64,000 bases of DNA from an uncultured Gemmatimonadaceae bacterium. GTDB lineage: Bacteria > Gemmatimonadota > Gemmatimonadetes > Gemmatimonadales > Gemmatimonadaceae. The stretch lies in NCBI GenBank assembly GCA_963740355.1, contig CAVUDW010000002.1, positions 32,001-96,000 on the forward strand, in the 5' to 3' direction. A program made the translations under genes and the position numbers. Below, in pieces: positions 30,353 through 40,678 of this stretch. The notes beneath the pieces are model-generated. The model was not told where the DNA came from, made no database searches, and worked only from the letters and a program-made list of their open reading frames with translations. Each line of letters begins with the position of its first letter. Position 1 is the stretch's first letter.

Positions 30353-30787
30353 ATGTGGGCTGATCAGGTTCTCGCATTCGAGCGGGCACATCTTGCCCGC
30401 CTCTTGTTGTGGGGTGCGGCCAGCATCGTGACCGCGTTGGGTTGTTGGGCGTTCTGGCGTGCGAAACGGCTCGATGTCCCGCTGTTGAAGCACTTTGCGC
30501 TCCAGACTGGTGCGTGGGGCGCCATCGATTGTCTGCTCGCGCTCGCTGCACGCCCAGGGCTCGCGCTCCGCGACTACGACGGTGTTACCAGCCTCGATCG
30601 ATTCCTCTGGTTCAACTGTGGCCTCGATGTGGGGTATGTGGCGGTCGGTGTGACACTCGCGGTGTGTGGCTGGCGTCTGGCGCGTTCGCGGGGAATGCTC
30701 GGTGCGGGGCTCGGTGTCGGCATTCAGGGTGCGGCACTGCTGTTGCTCGACCTGCGTCTTGCGGCACTGCTTTCGCAGGCGCGGTGA
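30353..30787 (+). CDS. Small integral membrane protein
   Basis: Four hydrophobic segments, WGAID and NCGLDVGY motifs, 1 nt after the upstream stop. Confidence 0.75.
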   Translation: MWADQVLAFERAHLARLLLWGAASIVTALGCWAFWRAKRLDVPLLKHFALQTGAWGAIDCLLALAARPGLALRDYDGVTSLDRFLWFNCGLDVGYVAVGVTLAVCGWRLARSRGMLGAGLGVGIQGAALLLLDLRLAALLSQAR

Positions 30788-30896
30788 AAATCACGGGATG
30801 CTCGTGCCGTAATACGCTTGCGCTGCGCCGCTGTCGACGAACAACTAGTTTCAGCGTCGCGACGATTTCTTCCTGCCTTCTGGCCACAGGCCTTTC

Positions 30897-31520
30897 ATGC
30901 GCGGATACTCCGACCGCATCAACCACGCGCTCGCCTTTGCTGCGAAGCACCATGACACCCAGGTGCGCAAAGGGCTCCGCATGCCGTACGTCACACACGC
31001 GGCCAACGTGGCCGTGATCCTCACGCACTACGGGTGTGATGAATCCGTGGTGGTGGCTGGTGTGCTGCACGACGTGATCGAGGACTGCGTACGCGACGGC
31101 TTCACGCCGGAAGACCTGTCCGATCGCATCGGCAACAAGTTTGGTTCGGATGTGCTGGAAACGGTGCTCTCGGTGACGCGTCGGCGGCTCGACGACGATG
31201 GTGTCGAGATGAGCAAGGACGACATGAAGAACGACTATCTCGCGCGGCTGGCGACGGCGTCGGAGGAGGCGCGGTGGGTGTGTGCGGCGCACAACATGCA
31301 CAACGCCGGCACGATCCTGGCCGACCTTCGCCGCACGATCGAGCCGGCCACGGTCTGGAGTCGGGGTGGCAACGGGCGCGACGGCACACTGCAGTGGTAT
31401 CGCGCCGTGCATGAACGGCTGCGCGCCGTTGGCTACGACGCGCCGATCATGGCGGAACTGGGCGAGATGGTCACGGAACTGGAAGCCGCACCGGCGGGCG
31501 ACGAACCCGCCGTGCGCTGA
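30897..31520 (+). CDS. HD-domain protein, small alarmone hydrolase (Mesh1/SpoT hydrolase)-like
   Basis: A..FAAKHH..QVRKG...PYVTH, GVLHDVIED, FG..V...V..VT. Confidence 0.85.
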   Translation: MRGYSDRINHALAFAAKHHDTQVRKGLRMPYVTHAANVAVILTHYGCDESVVVAGVLHDVIEDCVRDGFTPEDLSDRIGNKFGSDVLETVLSVTRRRLDDDGVEMSKDDMKNDYLARLATASEEARWVCAAHNMHNAGTILADLRRTIEPATVWSRGGNGRDGTLQWYRAVHERLRAVGYDAPIMAELGEMVTELEAAPAGDEPAVR

Positions 31521-31530
31521 CCACCAGCCG

Positions 31531-32775
31531 TCAGACTCCAGCCGTCTCCGGCGCCGGATAGGTCCGCGCCACGTAGTCCTCGAGAATCTCGAGGAACTCG
31601 GCCACGATGCGATCGCCCTTCAGTGTGACCTTGAGCGAACCGTCGACATACACCGGCGCCTTCGGCTCCTCGAATGTGCCAGGCAGCGAAATGCCGATGT
31701 TCGCGTGCTTCGACTCGCCGGGCCCATTCACCACACATCCCATCACGGCAACACGCATCTCCTCGACACCGGGATGCTTGCCGCGCCAGATCGGCATCTG
31801 CTCGCGCAGGTAGCCCTGGATATCCTCGGCCATGCTCTGGAAGAACGTGGACGTGGTGCGCCCGCAGCCCGGGCAGGCCGTGACCTGCGGCGCAAAGCTG
31901 CGCAGGCCGAGTGACTGCAGGATCTGCTGGGCCACATGCACTTCTTCGGCGCGATCACCGCCAGGCTTCGGTGTCAGTGACACGCGAATGGTGTCGCCGA
32001 TGCCGTCCGCGAGAAGCAGCGAGAGGCCGGCGGCGCTGGCGACCATGCCCTTCATCCCCAGTCCGGCTTCCGTGAGGCCGACATGCAGCGGGTAGTCGCA
32101 ACGCGCCGCGAGCTTGCGATACACATCGACGAGGTCCGGCACCAGCGAGACCTTCGCCGAGATCACGATCTTGTCATGCGCGAGTCCGACTTCCTCGGCC
32201 AACGCGGCGGAGCGAAGCGCACTCTCCAGCATCGCCTCGACGTACACGTTGTGGGCCGTGTCGGGCGTCGGCAGTGCGGCATTGGCGTCCATCATCTGCG
32301 TCAGCAGGTCCTGGTCGAGCGAACCCCAGTTGACCCCGATCCGGACCGGCTTGTCGTTGTCGACGGCGATCTGCACGATGGAGCGGAAGTTCTCATCGCG
32401 TCGCTTGCCGCCGACGTTGCCGGGATTGATGCGGTACTTGGCCAGCGCCCGCGCGCAGTCTGGGTACTTCGCCAGCAGCAGGTGACCGTTGTAGTGGAAG
32501 TCACCGACGATCGGGACGGTGACGCCGAGGTCCGTGAGTCGCTGGACGATTTCGGAGACCGCGGCGGCCGAGGCCTCGTTGTTGACCGTCACCCGCACGA
32601 TCTGCGAGCCGGCCCGCGCCAGTGAGGCGACCTGTGCGACCGTACCCGGCACGTCCGCCGTGTCGGTGTTGGTCATCGACTGGACCACGACCGGGTGGGC
32701 GCTGCCGAGCGGGACAGACCCGATCATCGCCGTCACGGTCTGGCGGCGGGGGCGGAACACGGAGGGAATGCTCAC
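31531..32775 (-). CDS. ispG: (E)-4-hydroxy-3-methylbut-2-enyl-diphosphate synthase (flavodoxin)
   Basis: [52 protein letters not shown]. Confidence 0.96.
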   Translation of the reverse strand: MSIPSVFRPRRQTVTAMIGSVPLGSAHPVVVQSMTNTDTADVPGTVAQVASLARAGSQIVRVTVNNEASAAAVSEIVQRLTDLGVTVPIVGDFHYNGHLLLAKYPDCARALAKYRINPGNVGGKRRDENFRSIVQIAVDNDKPVRIGVNWGSLDQDLLTQMMDANAALPTPDTAHNVYVEAMLESALRSAALAEEVGLAHDKIVISAKVSLVPDLVDVYRKLAARCDYPLHVGLTEAGLGMKGMVASAAGLSLLLADGIGDTIRVSLTPKPGGDRAEEVHVAQQILQSLGLRSFAPQVTACPGCGRTTSTFFQSMAEDIQGYLREQMPIWRGKHPGVEEMRVAVMGCVVNGPGESKHANIGISLPGTFEEPKAPVYVDGSLKVTLKGDRIVAEFLEILEDYVARTYPAPETAGV

Positions 32776-32998
32776 AGCACGAAGGTTCGGGGGGCGGGTC
32801 GAGCGATCAGGTCGAGCGATCAGCTCCAGCAATCTGGCCGAGCGGTGCGGCCAGCGATCTGAAGGAGAATCTAGTTGAGGCGGGAGACCGTATCAGCCAC
32901 CATGGCGATGGAGATCATCGCCCGGGGTTGTGGCAGGCCCTTGGGTACGCCGACATTGCCTGCTGCCCGCGTTATACCAACTGTGACAGAGAGTCATC

Positions 32999-33580
32999 AT
33001 GGCCAAAGAGCCGAGCCGCACGTATACCGCCCCATCCGTTGACGGTGGGTCACCCCTGACCAACGCGCCGAAGCCGAAGGGCAAGGGCAAGTGGAAGATC
33101 ACCGCGGTGCTGTTCCTGGTCGTCCTGCCCCTGGCGGCCTTCGCGCTCTGGGTCACGATCGCGCTCAGCTATTCGTACGCCAGCGGCGAGCGGTCCGGCT
33201 TCGTGCAGAAGCTTTCCAAGAAGGGCTGGATCTGCAAGACGCAGGAAGGGGAACTGGCGCTGGCCAATGGTCCGAACGTGATGCCGGAGATTTTCCGTTT
33301 CACGGTGCGTGACGACAGCGTTGCGCAGCAGATCAGCGCGCTGGCCGGCAAGCAGGTGAAGCTCACCTACGACCAGCACAAGGGATTGCCGACGACCTGT
33401 TTTGGCGAGACCGAGTACTTCGTGAAGAGTGTGGAAGGCATCGGCGCGCAGGCGCCGGCCGGGAGTGGCGTGGTGACACCGACGGCCGCACCGACCACCG
33501 TTGCCCCGACAACGACGCCGGTCGCGGTCCCTGCGACCACGCCGGTCGTCACGCCGGCTCCAGTGCCGACCAAGCCCTGA
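32999..33580 (+). CDS. Single-TM hypothetical protein with Pro/Thr-rich tail
   Basis: TM, then YSYASGERSGFVQKLSKKGWICKTQEGEL...F.FTV...L.Y.QH. Confidence 0.8.
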   Translation: MAKEPSRTYTAPSVDGGSPLTNAPKPKGKGKWKITAVLFLVVLPLAAFALWVTIALSYSYASGERSGFVQKLSKKGWICKTQEGELALANGPNVMPEIFRFTVRDDSVAQQISALAGKQVKLTYDQHKGLPTTCFGETEYFVKSVEGIGAQAPAGSGVVTPTAAPTTVAPTTTPVAVPATTPVVTPAPVPTKP

Positions 33581-34879
33581 TGTCGAAGTCTGATCCAACG
33601 CTGGTCGTTGGAGGTGGGATCGCGGGATTGATGTGTGCTCGTGCACTGACGCGCGCCGGTGTGCCGGTGCTGTTGTTGGAGCGCGACGTCGAAGTGGGAG
33701 GCCGGGTGCGCACCACGGTGCGTAACGGCTTTCAGCTCGATCACGGCTTTCAGGTGCTCTTCAGTGCCTACCCGACGCTCACGGCAGCATTGGACCTGCC
33801 GGCACTGCAGCTGCGTGAATTCCTCCCGGCGGCACGTATCGCTGCCGGCGGAGTGGCGACGGCACTGATCGGCGACGCGCTCGCCGACCTGTCACTGTTG
33901 ATCCCGACACTCCTCGCCCCGCAGCTGTCGTTGCTGGACAAGGTGCGCATGCTGCGCCTGCGGTATCTGGCGACGTCCTTGTCATTCGACGACTGCTTCG
34001 CGGCGCGCTACGACAGCCTGTCGACACGCGAGTTCCTGCAGTCGCGTGGATTCAGTGCGCAAGGCAATCAGGAATTTCTTCGCGCCATTTTACGGCGGCA
34101 TTCTGCTCGATCGCTCACTCGAGTCGTCGGCGTCCGTGCTGTTGTACACGTTCAAGATGCTGGCCGAAGGGCACACGGCCGTGCCCGCAGCCGGCATGGG
34201 AGCAATCCCGAAGCAGCTTGCCGATGCACTGCCGGCGGGCACGATACGTACCGGTGTGACGGTCACACGGCTGCTGCGGAATGCGGAGGGCGTCGTGCAC
34301 GGCGTCGTGCTGGATGATGGCACGGAGATCAACGCGGCGAATGTCGTGCTGGCGTGTGATCCGCCCACGATCGCCGCGCTCGCGAGCACCGTGCAGGTGG
34401 TGGTGGAGGTTCCGGCCTCGAGCCTTGGATGCACGACGGTCTACCTGCGCTCGAAGCTTCCACTGCTGGACGGTGATGCACTGTGGCTGAATGCCTCCGC
34501 CGATGCGACGGTGAGTCATGCCGTGACGATCAGCAACGTGGCGCCGTCGTACGCGCCACGGGGCGAGGCGCTGACGGCTGCGACAGTGCTGGGTGCGGCA
34601 GCCACGCTCGATGATGCCGAGCTCATCCCGCGCGTTCGCGCCGATCTGGCGTTGATGGGCGAGCGACCGGAGTGCGCATCAGCGGAACTTCTCGCGATAT
34701 GGCGTGTCCCGTACTCACAGTATGCCCAACCTGCGGGCACGGTCGAACGCCGCGTTGCAGCCGTCACCGCGGCGGCTGGCCTGTTCATTGCTTCAGAAGC
34801 AGGGCATACGAGTTCGCTGGAGGGCGCCGCACGAGGGGGACTGGTGGCTGCCCAAGCCGTGATGCGGAGCAACACCTAG
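33580..34879 (+). CDS. FAD-dependent oxidoreductase (amine oxidase/phytoene desaturase-like), split by a +1 frameshift near 34057-34060
   Basis: VGGGIAGL..LLE..VGGRV.T..GF.LDHGFQV in 33580..34317, continuing FFAPFYGGILLD...SSLEGAARGG in 34046..34879. Span is 1300 nt = 3n+1. Confidence 0.85.
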
Positions 34880-34970
34880 CGTAGTTCCGGGGTGTTTGTG
34901 GCCTCACGGTGGCTGTGCTCGTCTGTACGACGCACGGTCGCGCGTGCGATAACCCCAAACACCTGAGTCT

Positions 34971-35531
34971 ATGTCAACATTTCGCAGTGCACTTGCTGGT
35001 GTCGGTGTCGCCTTGGCCGTTGCGGCTGCCCCTGCCCAGGGACAGGTCGCATTCGGCATCGCCGCCGGTGCCACGATTCCGTCTGCCTCGCTCAACGACC
35101 GGTCCAATCTCGGCTACAACGGCCTGGCCACGCTGCAGCTTGGCGTTCCGATGTTTCCGCTCCAGTTCCGCGCTGACCTGCAGTACAACAGCTTCGGCGG
35201 AAAGGACTTCGGCAACGCGGTGACCAACGCGTTCAATCAGGCTGACACGCGCGTGATCGGTGGTTCGATCAACGCCGTGCTGAACCTGTTGCCTGGCCCG
35301 ATCAAGCCGTATGTCATTGGCGGTGTCGGCTACTACGACACCAAGCTTCAGGGCACCGAAAGCACGCGCAAGGTCGGCTACAACTACGGTGGCGGCGTGA
35401 AGTTCGGCCTCACTGGCGCGAGCATCTTCGTCGAAGCCCGCATGCACCAGATCAACGATGCCACGTTCGACGTCGGTGGCGGTCGCACCACGGCGAAGTT
35501 CATCCCGGTGACTGTCGGTATCATGTTCTAG
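34971..35531 (+). CDS. Small outer-membrane beta-barrel protein (OmpA-like membrane domain)
   Basis: Signal peptide, KPYVIGGVGYY, C-terminal VGIMF. Confidence 0.85.
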   Translation: MSTFRSALAGVGVALAVAAAPAQGQVAFGIAAGATIPSASLNDRSNLGYNGLATLQLGVPMFPLQFRADLQYNSFGGKDFGNAVTNAFNQADTRVIGGSINAVLNLLPGPIKPYVIGGVGYYDTKLQGTESTRKVGYNYGGGVKFGLTGASIFVEARMHQINDATFDVGGGRTTAKFIPVTVGIMF

Positions 35532-35565
35532 TGGGTCGGCTCGGTCTGTCCTGACGGACTGAGAA

Positions 35566-35609
35566 ACACGAAGGGGCCGGTCGCAGCAATGCGACCGGCC
35601 CCTTCGTGT
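35566..35609. terminator. Hairpin terminator between convergent genes
   Basis: ACACGAAGGGGCCGGTCGCA-GCAA-TGCGACCGGCCCCTTCGTGT, 20-bp stem. Confidence 0.8.
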
Positions 35610-35634
35610 GTGTGCTGTCGCGAGCTGGACCGGC

Positions 35635-37023
35635 CTACGCTGTTTGCAACGCAGCGTGCGCGGCCACCAGTTGCTCCTTCACTGCGCTGACTGCCGTGCC
35701 ACCTGGCACGGAACGACGATCCACACTGGCCTGCGCCGACAAGGCATCCAGCACGTCATCGCCGAAGACGGCGTGCGCTGCCTTGAACGCCGACAGCGGA
35801 AGCTCGTGCAACTCGATCCGTGCCTCTTCCGCCTGCCGCACCAGTGAACCGACCGCCGAGTGTGACTCGCGAAAGGTCACACCGCGCAACACCAGATAGT
35901 CGGCCAGGTCGGTGGCCATCATCACCGAGGTCACGGCCGCGCGCATGCGATCGGTGCGGAAGGTGAGTTCATCCACTGCGCCGGCCACCGCCGGCAGCAC
36001 CAGCGCCATCACATCGACGGCGTCGAACAACGCACGCTTGTCGTCCTGCAGGTCCTTGTTGTAGCCACTCGGCAAGCCCTTCAGCGCCATCACCATCGAG
36101 GTGAGATCGGAGAAGACACGTGCGGCACTGCCACGCGTGAGCTCGAGCGCATCGGGATTGCGCTTCTGCGGCATCATGCTCGAACCGGTCGAGAAGGCGT
36201 CGCCGAACTGCACGAAGCCGAACTCGCTCGAACCGAACAGGATCAGGTCTTCGGCCAGTCGCGAGAGATGCGTGGCGGTCATCGTCATCGCATACAACGC
36301 GTCGGTGACGAAGTCGCGATCGCCAACGGCATCGATGCTGTTGGGAGAGAGGGCGGCAAAGCCCAGCTCCTTCTGCAGCAATTCGCGTGGGATCGGGAAC
36401 GCCGTGCCGGCAATCGCACCGGAGCCCAGCGGCAACACACTCGCGGTCCGCATCGCATCGGCGAGACGCTGCCGATCGCGAGACAGCGGCCAGAAGTGCG
36501 ACATCAACCAGTGCGCCAAGGTCACCGGCTGCGCACGCTGCAGGTGCGTGTACGCTGGCAACAAGTCGTCCTGATGCAACTCGGCATGCTTCAGCAGCAC
36601 CCGCTGCATTTCACGAATACCGAGGTCGAGCTGGCCGATGGCATCCATCGTCCAGAGACGGGCGCCGGTGGCCACCTGATCATTCCGGCTGCGACCGGTG
36701 TGCAGCTTCGATGCGAGGTCGCCGATGTGTGTGTGCAGCAACCGATCGACCATGGTGTGCACATCTTCATCACTCGGCAGCGGCTGCGCGCCGGCCACGA
36801 AATCATCCGCCACCGCGGCCAGCCCTGCATCCATCCGCGCCCCTTCATCCGCGGTCAGGATCTGCCCCTGCACCAAGCCCTTGGCCCAGGCGCGCGAGAG
36901 CTGGATGTCGAACGGCCAGAGACGGAAATCGACCGTGATCGAGCGGTTCACTGCATCGAGGATCGCAGAGGGGCCGCCGGCAAAGCGGCCCCCCCACAAC
37001 TTGTGCGTCGTTCCTTCACTCAC
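35635..37023 (-). CDS. argH: Argininosuccinate lyase
   Basis: KLWGGRF, LHTGRSRNDQV, YTHLQRAQP, GSSMMPQKRNPD. Confidence 0.96.
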   Translation of the reverse strand: MSEGTTHKLWGGRFAGGPSAILDAVNRSITVDFRLWPFDIQLSRAWAKGLVQGQILTADEGARMDAGLAAVADDFVAGAQPLPSDEDVHTMVDRLLHTHIGDLASKLHTGRSRNDQVATGARLWTMDAIGQLDLGIREMQRVLLKHAELHQDDLLPAYTHLQRAQPVTLAHWLMSHFWPLSRDRQRLADAMRTASVLPLGSGAIAGTAFPIPRELLQKELGFAALSPNSIDAVGDRDFVTDALYAMTMTATHLSRLAEDLILFGSSEFGFVQFGDAFSTGSSMMPQKRNPDALELTRGSAARVFSDLTSMVMALKGLPSGYNKDLQDDKRALFDAVDVMALVLPAVAGAVDELTFRTDRMRAAVTSVMMATDLADYLVLRGVTFRESHSAVGSLVRQAEEARIELHELPLSAFKAAHAVFGDDVLDALSAQASVDRRSVPGGTAVSAVKEQLVAAHAALQTA

Positions 37024-37024
37024 C

Positions 37025-38299
37025 TCAGGCGTCCGCAGTCGACGGCGTATTCGTCGGCGTCGATTCCGTTGCGTCGGCCGTGCCCCACCGCGGCAGATAG
37101 CCCATCTCGGCATCCTTCAGCGCACGCACGCGGTACGGCAAGCCGTAGAGGCGGATGAAGCCGCCGGCATCGGCCTGCTGGTACACGTTGTCCTCACCGA
37201 ACGTGACGAACCGCTCGTCGTAGATCGCATGTGCGCTCTGGCGACCGGCGACGATCACGTTGCCCTTGTACAGCTTGAGCTTCACGGTGCCGGTGATGCG
37301 CTCCTGCGTGACGTTCACGAACGCGTCATAGGCCTCGCGCTCGGTGGTCCACCAGCGGCCTTCGTACACGAGGTCTGCGTAACGGGGCGCGATCAGGTCC
37401 TTGGCCGCCAGGGTGCGGCGATCGAGGATCAGCTGCTCGAGCTCCGAATGGGCAGCGTACATCAGCGTGCCACCCGGCGTCTCGTACACACCGCGGCTCT
37501 TCATGCCGACGAGGCGATCCTCGACGAGGTCGATGCGGCCGACGCCGTTGCGGGAACCGATCTTGTTCAGCTCCGTGAGCAGGTCGAACGGACCGAGCTT
37601 CTCGCCGTTGACGCTGATCGGGGTGCCACCCTCGAAACCGATGGTGACGTATTCCGCCTTGTCAGGCGCGGCTTCCGGGGACTTGGTGAGCACGAACATG
37701 TCCTCGACCGGCTCCCAGTTCGGATCCTCGAGCCCGCCCCCTTCGTGCGACAGGTGGAAGAGGTTTGCATCGCGCGAGTAGATCTTCTCGACCGTGGCCA
37801 CGATCGGGACGTTCTTCGCCTTGGCGTAGGCGATCGCGTCCTCGCGGCTGCGGATGTCCCAGATACGCCACGGCGCGATCACCTCGAGATCCGGGGCGAA
37901 CGTCATGTACGTGAGTTCGAAGCGCACCTGGTCATTGCCCTTGCCGGTGCAGCCATGGGCGAGGGCGTCGGCGCCATACTGGCGCGCCACCTCGACCTGT
38001 GAGCGGGCAATCAGCGGGCGGGCGATGGAGGTACCGAGCAGGTACTTGCGATTGTAGATCGCGCCGGCGCGCAGCATCGGGAAGATGAAGTCGCGCACGA
38101 ATTCTTCCTTCAGGTCCACCACCACGCAGTCTTCCGCGCCGGACGCGATGGCTTTCTCGCGCACGCCGCCCAGATCGTCCTGCCCGATGTCGGCAGCGAC
38201 ACAGATGACGCGTGATCCCGGGTAGTGCTCCTTGAGCCACGGGACGATGATCGACGTATCGAGACCGCCCGAGTAGGCGAGGGCGATGGTGTGGGCCAT
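37025..38299 (-). CDS. argG: Argininosuccinate synthase
   Basis: AYSGGLDTS, HGCTGKGNDQVRFE, GMKSRGVYETPGG. Confidence 0.97.
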   Translation of the reverse strand: MAHTIALAYSGGLDTSIIVPWLKEHYPGSRVICVAADIGQDDLGGVREKAIASGAEDCVVVDLKEEFVRDFIFPMLRAGAIYNRKYLLGTSIARPLIARSQVEVARQYGADALAHGCTGKGNDQVRFELTYMTFAPDLEVIAPWRIWDIRSREDAIAYAKAKNVPIVATVEKIYSRDANLFHLSHEGGGLEDPNWEPVEDMFVLTKSPEAAPDKAEYVTIGFEGGTPISVNGEKLGPFDLLTELNKIGSRNGVGRIDLVEDRLVGMKSRGVYETPGGTLMYAAHSELEQLILDRRTLAAKDLIAPRYADLVYEGRWWTTEREAYDAFVNVTQERITGTVKLKLYKGNVIVAGRQSAHAIYDERFVTFGEDNVYQQADAGGFIRLYGLPYRVRALKDAEMGYLPRWGTADATESTPTNTPSTADA

Positions 38300-38311
38300 A
38301 TCGAACTCCAA

Positions 38312-38350
38312 AGTGAAATTTTATGCAGAATCAGTGCATAACTTCGCAAA
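38312..38350. promoter_or_regulatory. Tandem ARG boxes upstream of argG
   Basis: AGTGAAATTTTATGCAGA + 3 nt + AGTGCATAACTTCGCAAA: canonical 18-3-18 ArgR operator spacing. Confidence 0.8.
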
Positions 38351-38384
38351 AACGGCGTCGTGAAACAAGGGTCGTGCTGGTGGA

Positions 38385-38855
38385 TCAGCCCCGCTCGCCA
38401 GCGAGGGTCGAGAGGCGGCGCATGACGCGGGTGCGGGCTTCCACCGAGCGGCAGACGAGGAGGATCGTGTCGTCGCCCGCGATGGTACCCAGCACGTCGG
38501 GCCACGCTTCGCTGTCGATGGCGGCCGCGACCGGCTGCGCGCCGCCGGTGACGGTGTGCAGCACCACCAGTTCGCCGGTGCCATCGACCTTGTCGAACAG
38601 CTGCGGCAGCAGGTGGTCGAGCGCCCCACGGTCGTCCTCGGCGGTGGCCACGCCGCCGTCGGCGAATGCATACCGGACACCATCCCCGGTCGGGATCCGG
38701 GCCAGGCGCAGCTCATGGAGATCGCGCGAGAGCGTGGACTGGGTGACATCCCAGCCGCGCTGCCGGAGCAACTTCCGCAGCTCGTCCTGACTCTGGACCG
38801 CCCGGGTTTCGACGATCTCGTGGATCGCGAGGTGCCGCTCGCGTTTATTCGCCAT
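38385..38855 (-). CDS. argR: Arginine repressor
   Basis: SQDEL, VTQSTLSRDL, GTIAGDDT. Confidence 0.96.
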   Translation of the reverse strand: MANKRERHLAIHEIVETRAVQSQDELRKLLRQRGWDVTQSTLSRDLHELRLARIPTGDGVRYAFADGGVATAEDDRGALDHLLPQLFDKVDGTGELVVLHTVTGGAQPVAAAIDSEAWPDVLGTIAGDDTILLVCRSVEARTRVMRRLSTLAGERG

Positions 38856-38923
38856 CAGCCGAACGCTCGGTACCGGGAGGAACGACCCGCGCCCGTCGCG
38901 TCACCGGCCATTGACGGAGGGGC

Positions 38924-38962
38924 AATGAAAGAATATGCATTCAATATGCATAAACTCCCTGT
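38924..38962. promoter_or_regulatory. ARG box pair overlapping the argC start
   Basis: AATGAAAGAATATGCATT + CAA + TATGCATAAACTCCCTGT (second box weak). TTGACG -35-like hexamer at 38911-38916. Confidence 0.7.
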
Positions 38963-39920
38963 CGGCGTGCTAGGGGCCAGTGGATATGCGGGGCAGGAGC
39001 TCTGCATGCTGGCTGAACGTCACCCGCACTTCGAACTCGTGTTCGCGGCCGCGCACTCGCGCGCTGGGGAGACGCTGCACCTGTCGGGGCGGGATCTGAC
39101 CATGGCCGCCGTGGACAGTGTCACGCTGAGCGACGCCGCCGTGATCTTCTCGGCGCTGCCGCATGGGGCGTCGGCGCAGTGGGTGACGAAGGCGCAGCAA
39201 GCCGGCGCGAAAGTGATCGATCTCTCCGCAGACCTGCGCCCCGGTCAGCCGGAAGTGGCGATCGCCGATCTCGATGCGCCGTACGGGCTGCCGGAGCTCA
39301 ATCGTGATGAGATCCGCACCGCACAGGTCGTCGCAAATCCTGGGTGTTATCCGACCGCCACGTTGCTGGGCCTGATGCCCTTGGTCGCGCGCGACCTGTT
39401 GCTGCCCGGTGCCCCCGTGGTGGTGGATGCCGCCAGCGGCGTGACGGGCGCAGGCAACTCGCCGCGCCCTGATCTGTTGTTCGGCGAAGTGACCGAGGAT
39501 TTCCGTGCCTACGGCGTGGGGAACACGCATCGCCATCTGTATGAGATGCGCGCCACGCTCGATGCCTGCGGCGCCGACCTCGACCTGTTGTTCACACCGC
39601 ACCTGTTGCCGGTGGCTCGCGGAATCCTCGCCACGATCACGGTCACGTTGCGTGAGCCGCTCAGCGATCCGAACGCGCTCTACCGGACCTACTACGCGGT
39701 CGAGCCGTTCGTCGACGTGTCGTCGGCGCCGCCACGGTTACGCGATGTGGTGCACACCAACATGGCGCGCATCTTCGCCGTGCCGGTCGCCCATGCCCGT
39801 CAGCCGATGCTGCAGGTGTTCGTGGCGATCGACAACCTGGTGAAGGGTGCCGCTGGCCAGGCGATCCAGAATGCGAACCTGCTCTGTGACTTCGACGAAG
39901 TGGCGGGGCTGCAGCGGTGA
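38946..39920 (+). CDS. argC: N-acetyl-gamma-glutamyl-phosphate reductase
   Basis: GASGYAG, ALPHG, DLSADLR, ANPGCYPT, DNLVKGAAGQAIQN. Confidence 0.95.
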   Translation: MHKLPVGVLGASGYAGQELCMLAERHPHFELVFAAAHSRAGETLHLSGRDLTMAAVDSVTLSDAAVIFSALPHGASAQWVTKAQQAGAKVIDLSADLRPGQPEVAIADLDAPYGLPELNRDEIRTAQVVANPGCYPTATLLGLMPLVARDLLLPGAPVVVDAASGVTGAGNSPRPDLLFGEVTEDFRAYGVGNTHRHLYEMRATLDACGADLDLLFTPHLLPVARGILATITVTLREPLSDPNALYRTYYAVEPFVDVSSAPPRLRDVVHTNMARIFAVPVAHARQPMLQVFVAIDNLVKGAAGQAIQNANLLCDFDEVAGLQR

Positions 39921-40678
39921 TGCGTGTGATCAAGCTCGGCGGACGTGTGCAGTCGGATCCGGCGCTGCCGACGGTGCTGGCGCGCGCCTGGGCCGACTCG
40001 GCGGCACTGGTGGTGGTGCACGGCGGCGGCGATGAAGTGTCGGCTTTGCAGAAGGCCTTTGGACGTGTGTCTCAGTTCGTCGATGGTCGTCGTGTGACGG
40101 CGATGGAGGACCTCGACCTGTTGCGCATGGCCCTCTCCGGCAGCGCAAACCAGCGACTGGTGGCAGCGCTGGTGGGCGCTGGTGTGCCAGCCGTCGGCCT
40201 GTCGGGCGAAGATGCGGGGATGCTGACGGCCGTTGCCGAATCGCGGGCGACGATGGGGGAAGTGGGCACGCCAGACGGGGTCAATCCCACACTGGTGCGG
40301 CACCTGCTGGCGGGTGGCTTCTGCCCGGTGATCTCACCGCTGGCGCGCGATCGCGATTCGCGTGGTGGTGGTGTGCTGAACGTGAATGGTGACGATGCGG
40401 CGGCAGCGATCGCCGTCGCGCTGCAGGCGTCGGAACTGTTGCTGATCAGTGATGTCGAAGGGGTACTGATGGACGGTGTCGCGGTGGCACAGTTGGACGC
40501 CGATGCGGCGCGCGAGGCGATTCGCAGTGGCGTGGCTCGTGGTGGGATGGCGGCAAAGCTCGAGGCGGCGCTCGGTGCGTTGACCCGAGGTGTGGCGCGT
40601 GTGCGGATCGGCGCCTTGAGCGCGCTGACCGACGACGCGCGTGGGACGGTGATCACCCTTGCTGGAGCGTCGGTATGA
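39917..40678 (+). CDS. argB: Acetylglutamate kinase
   Basis: VIKLGG, VHGGG, LNVNGD, GGMAAKL. Confidence 0.93.
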   Translation: MMRVIKLGGRVQSDPALPTVLARAWADSAALVVVHGGGDEVSALQKAFGRVSQFVDGRRVTAMEDLDLLRMALSGSANQRLVAALVGAGVPAVGLSGEDAGMLTAVAESRATMGEVGTPDGVNPTLVRHLLAGGFCPVISPLARDRDSRGGGVLNVNGDDAAAAIAVALQASELLLISDVEGVLMDGVAVAQLDADAAREAIRSGVARGGMAAKLEAALGALTRGVARVRIGALSALTDDARGTVITLAGASV

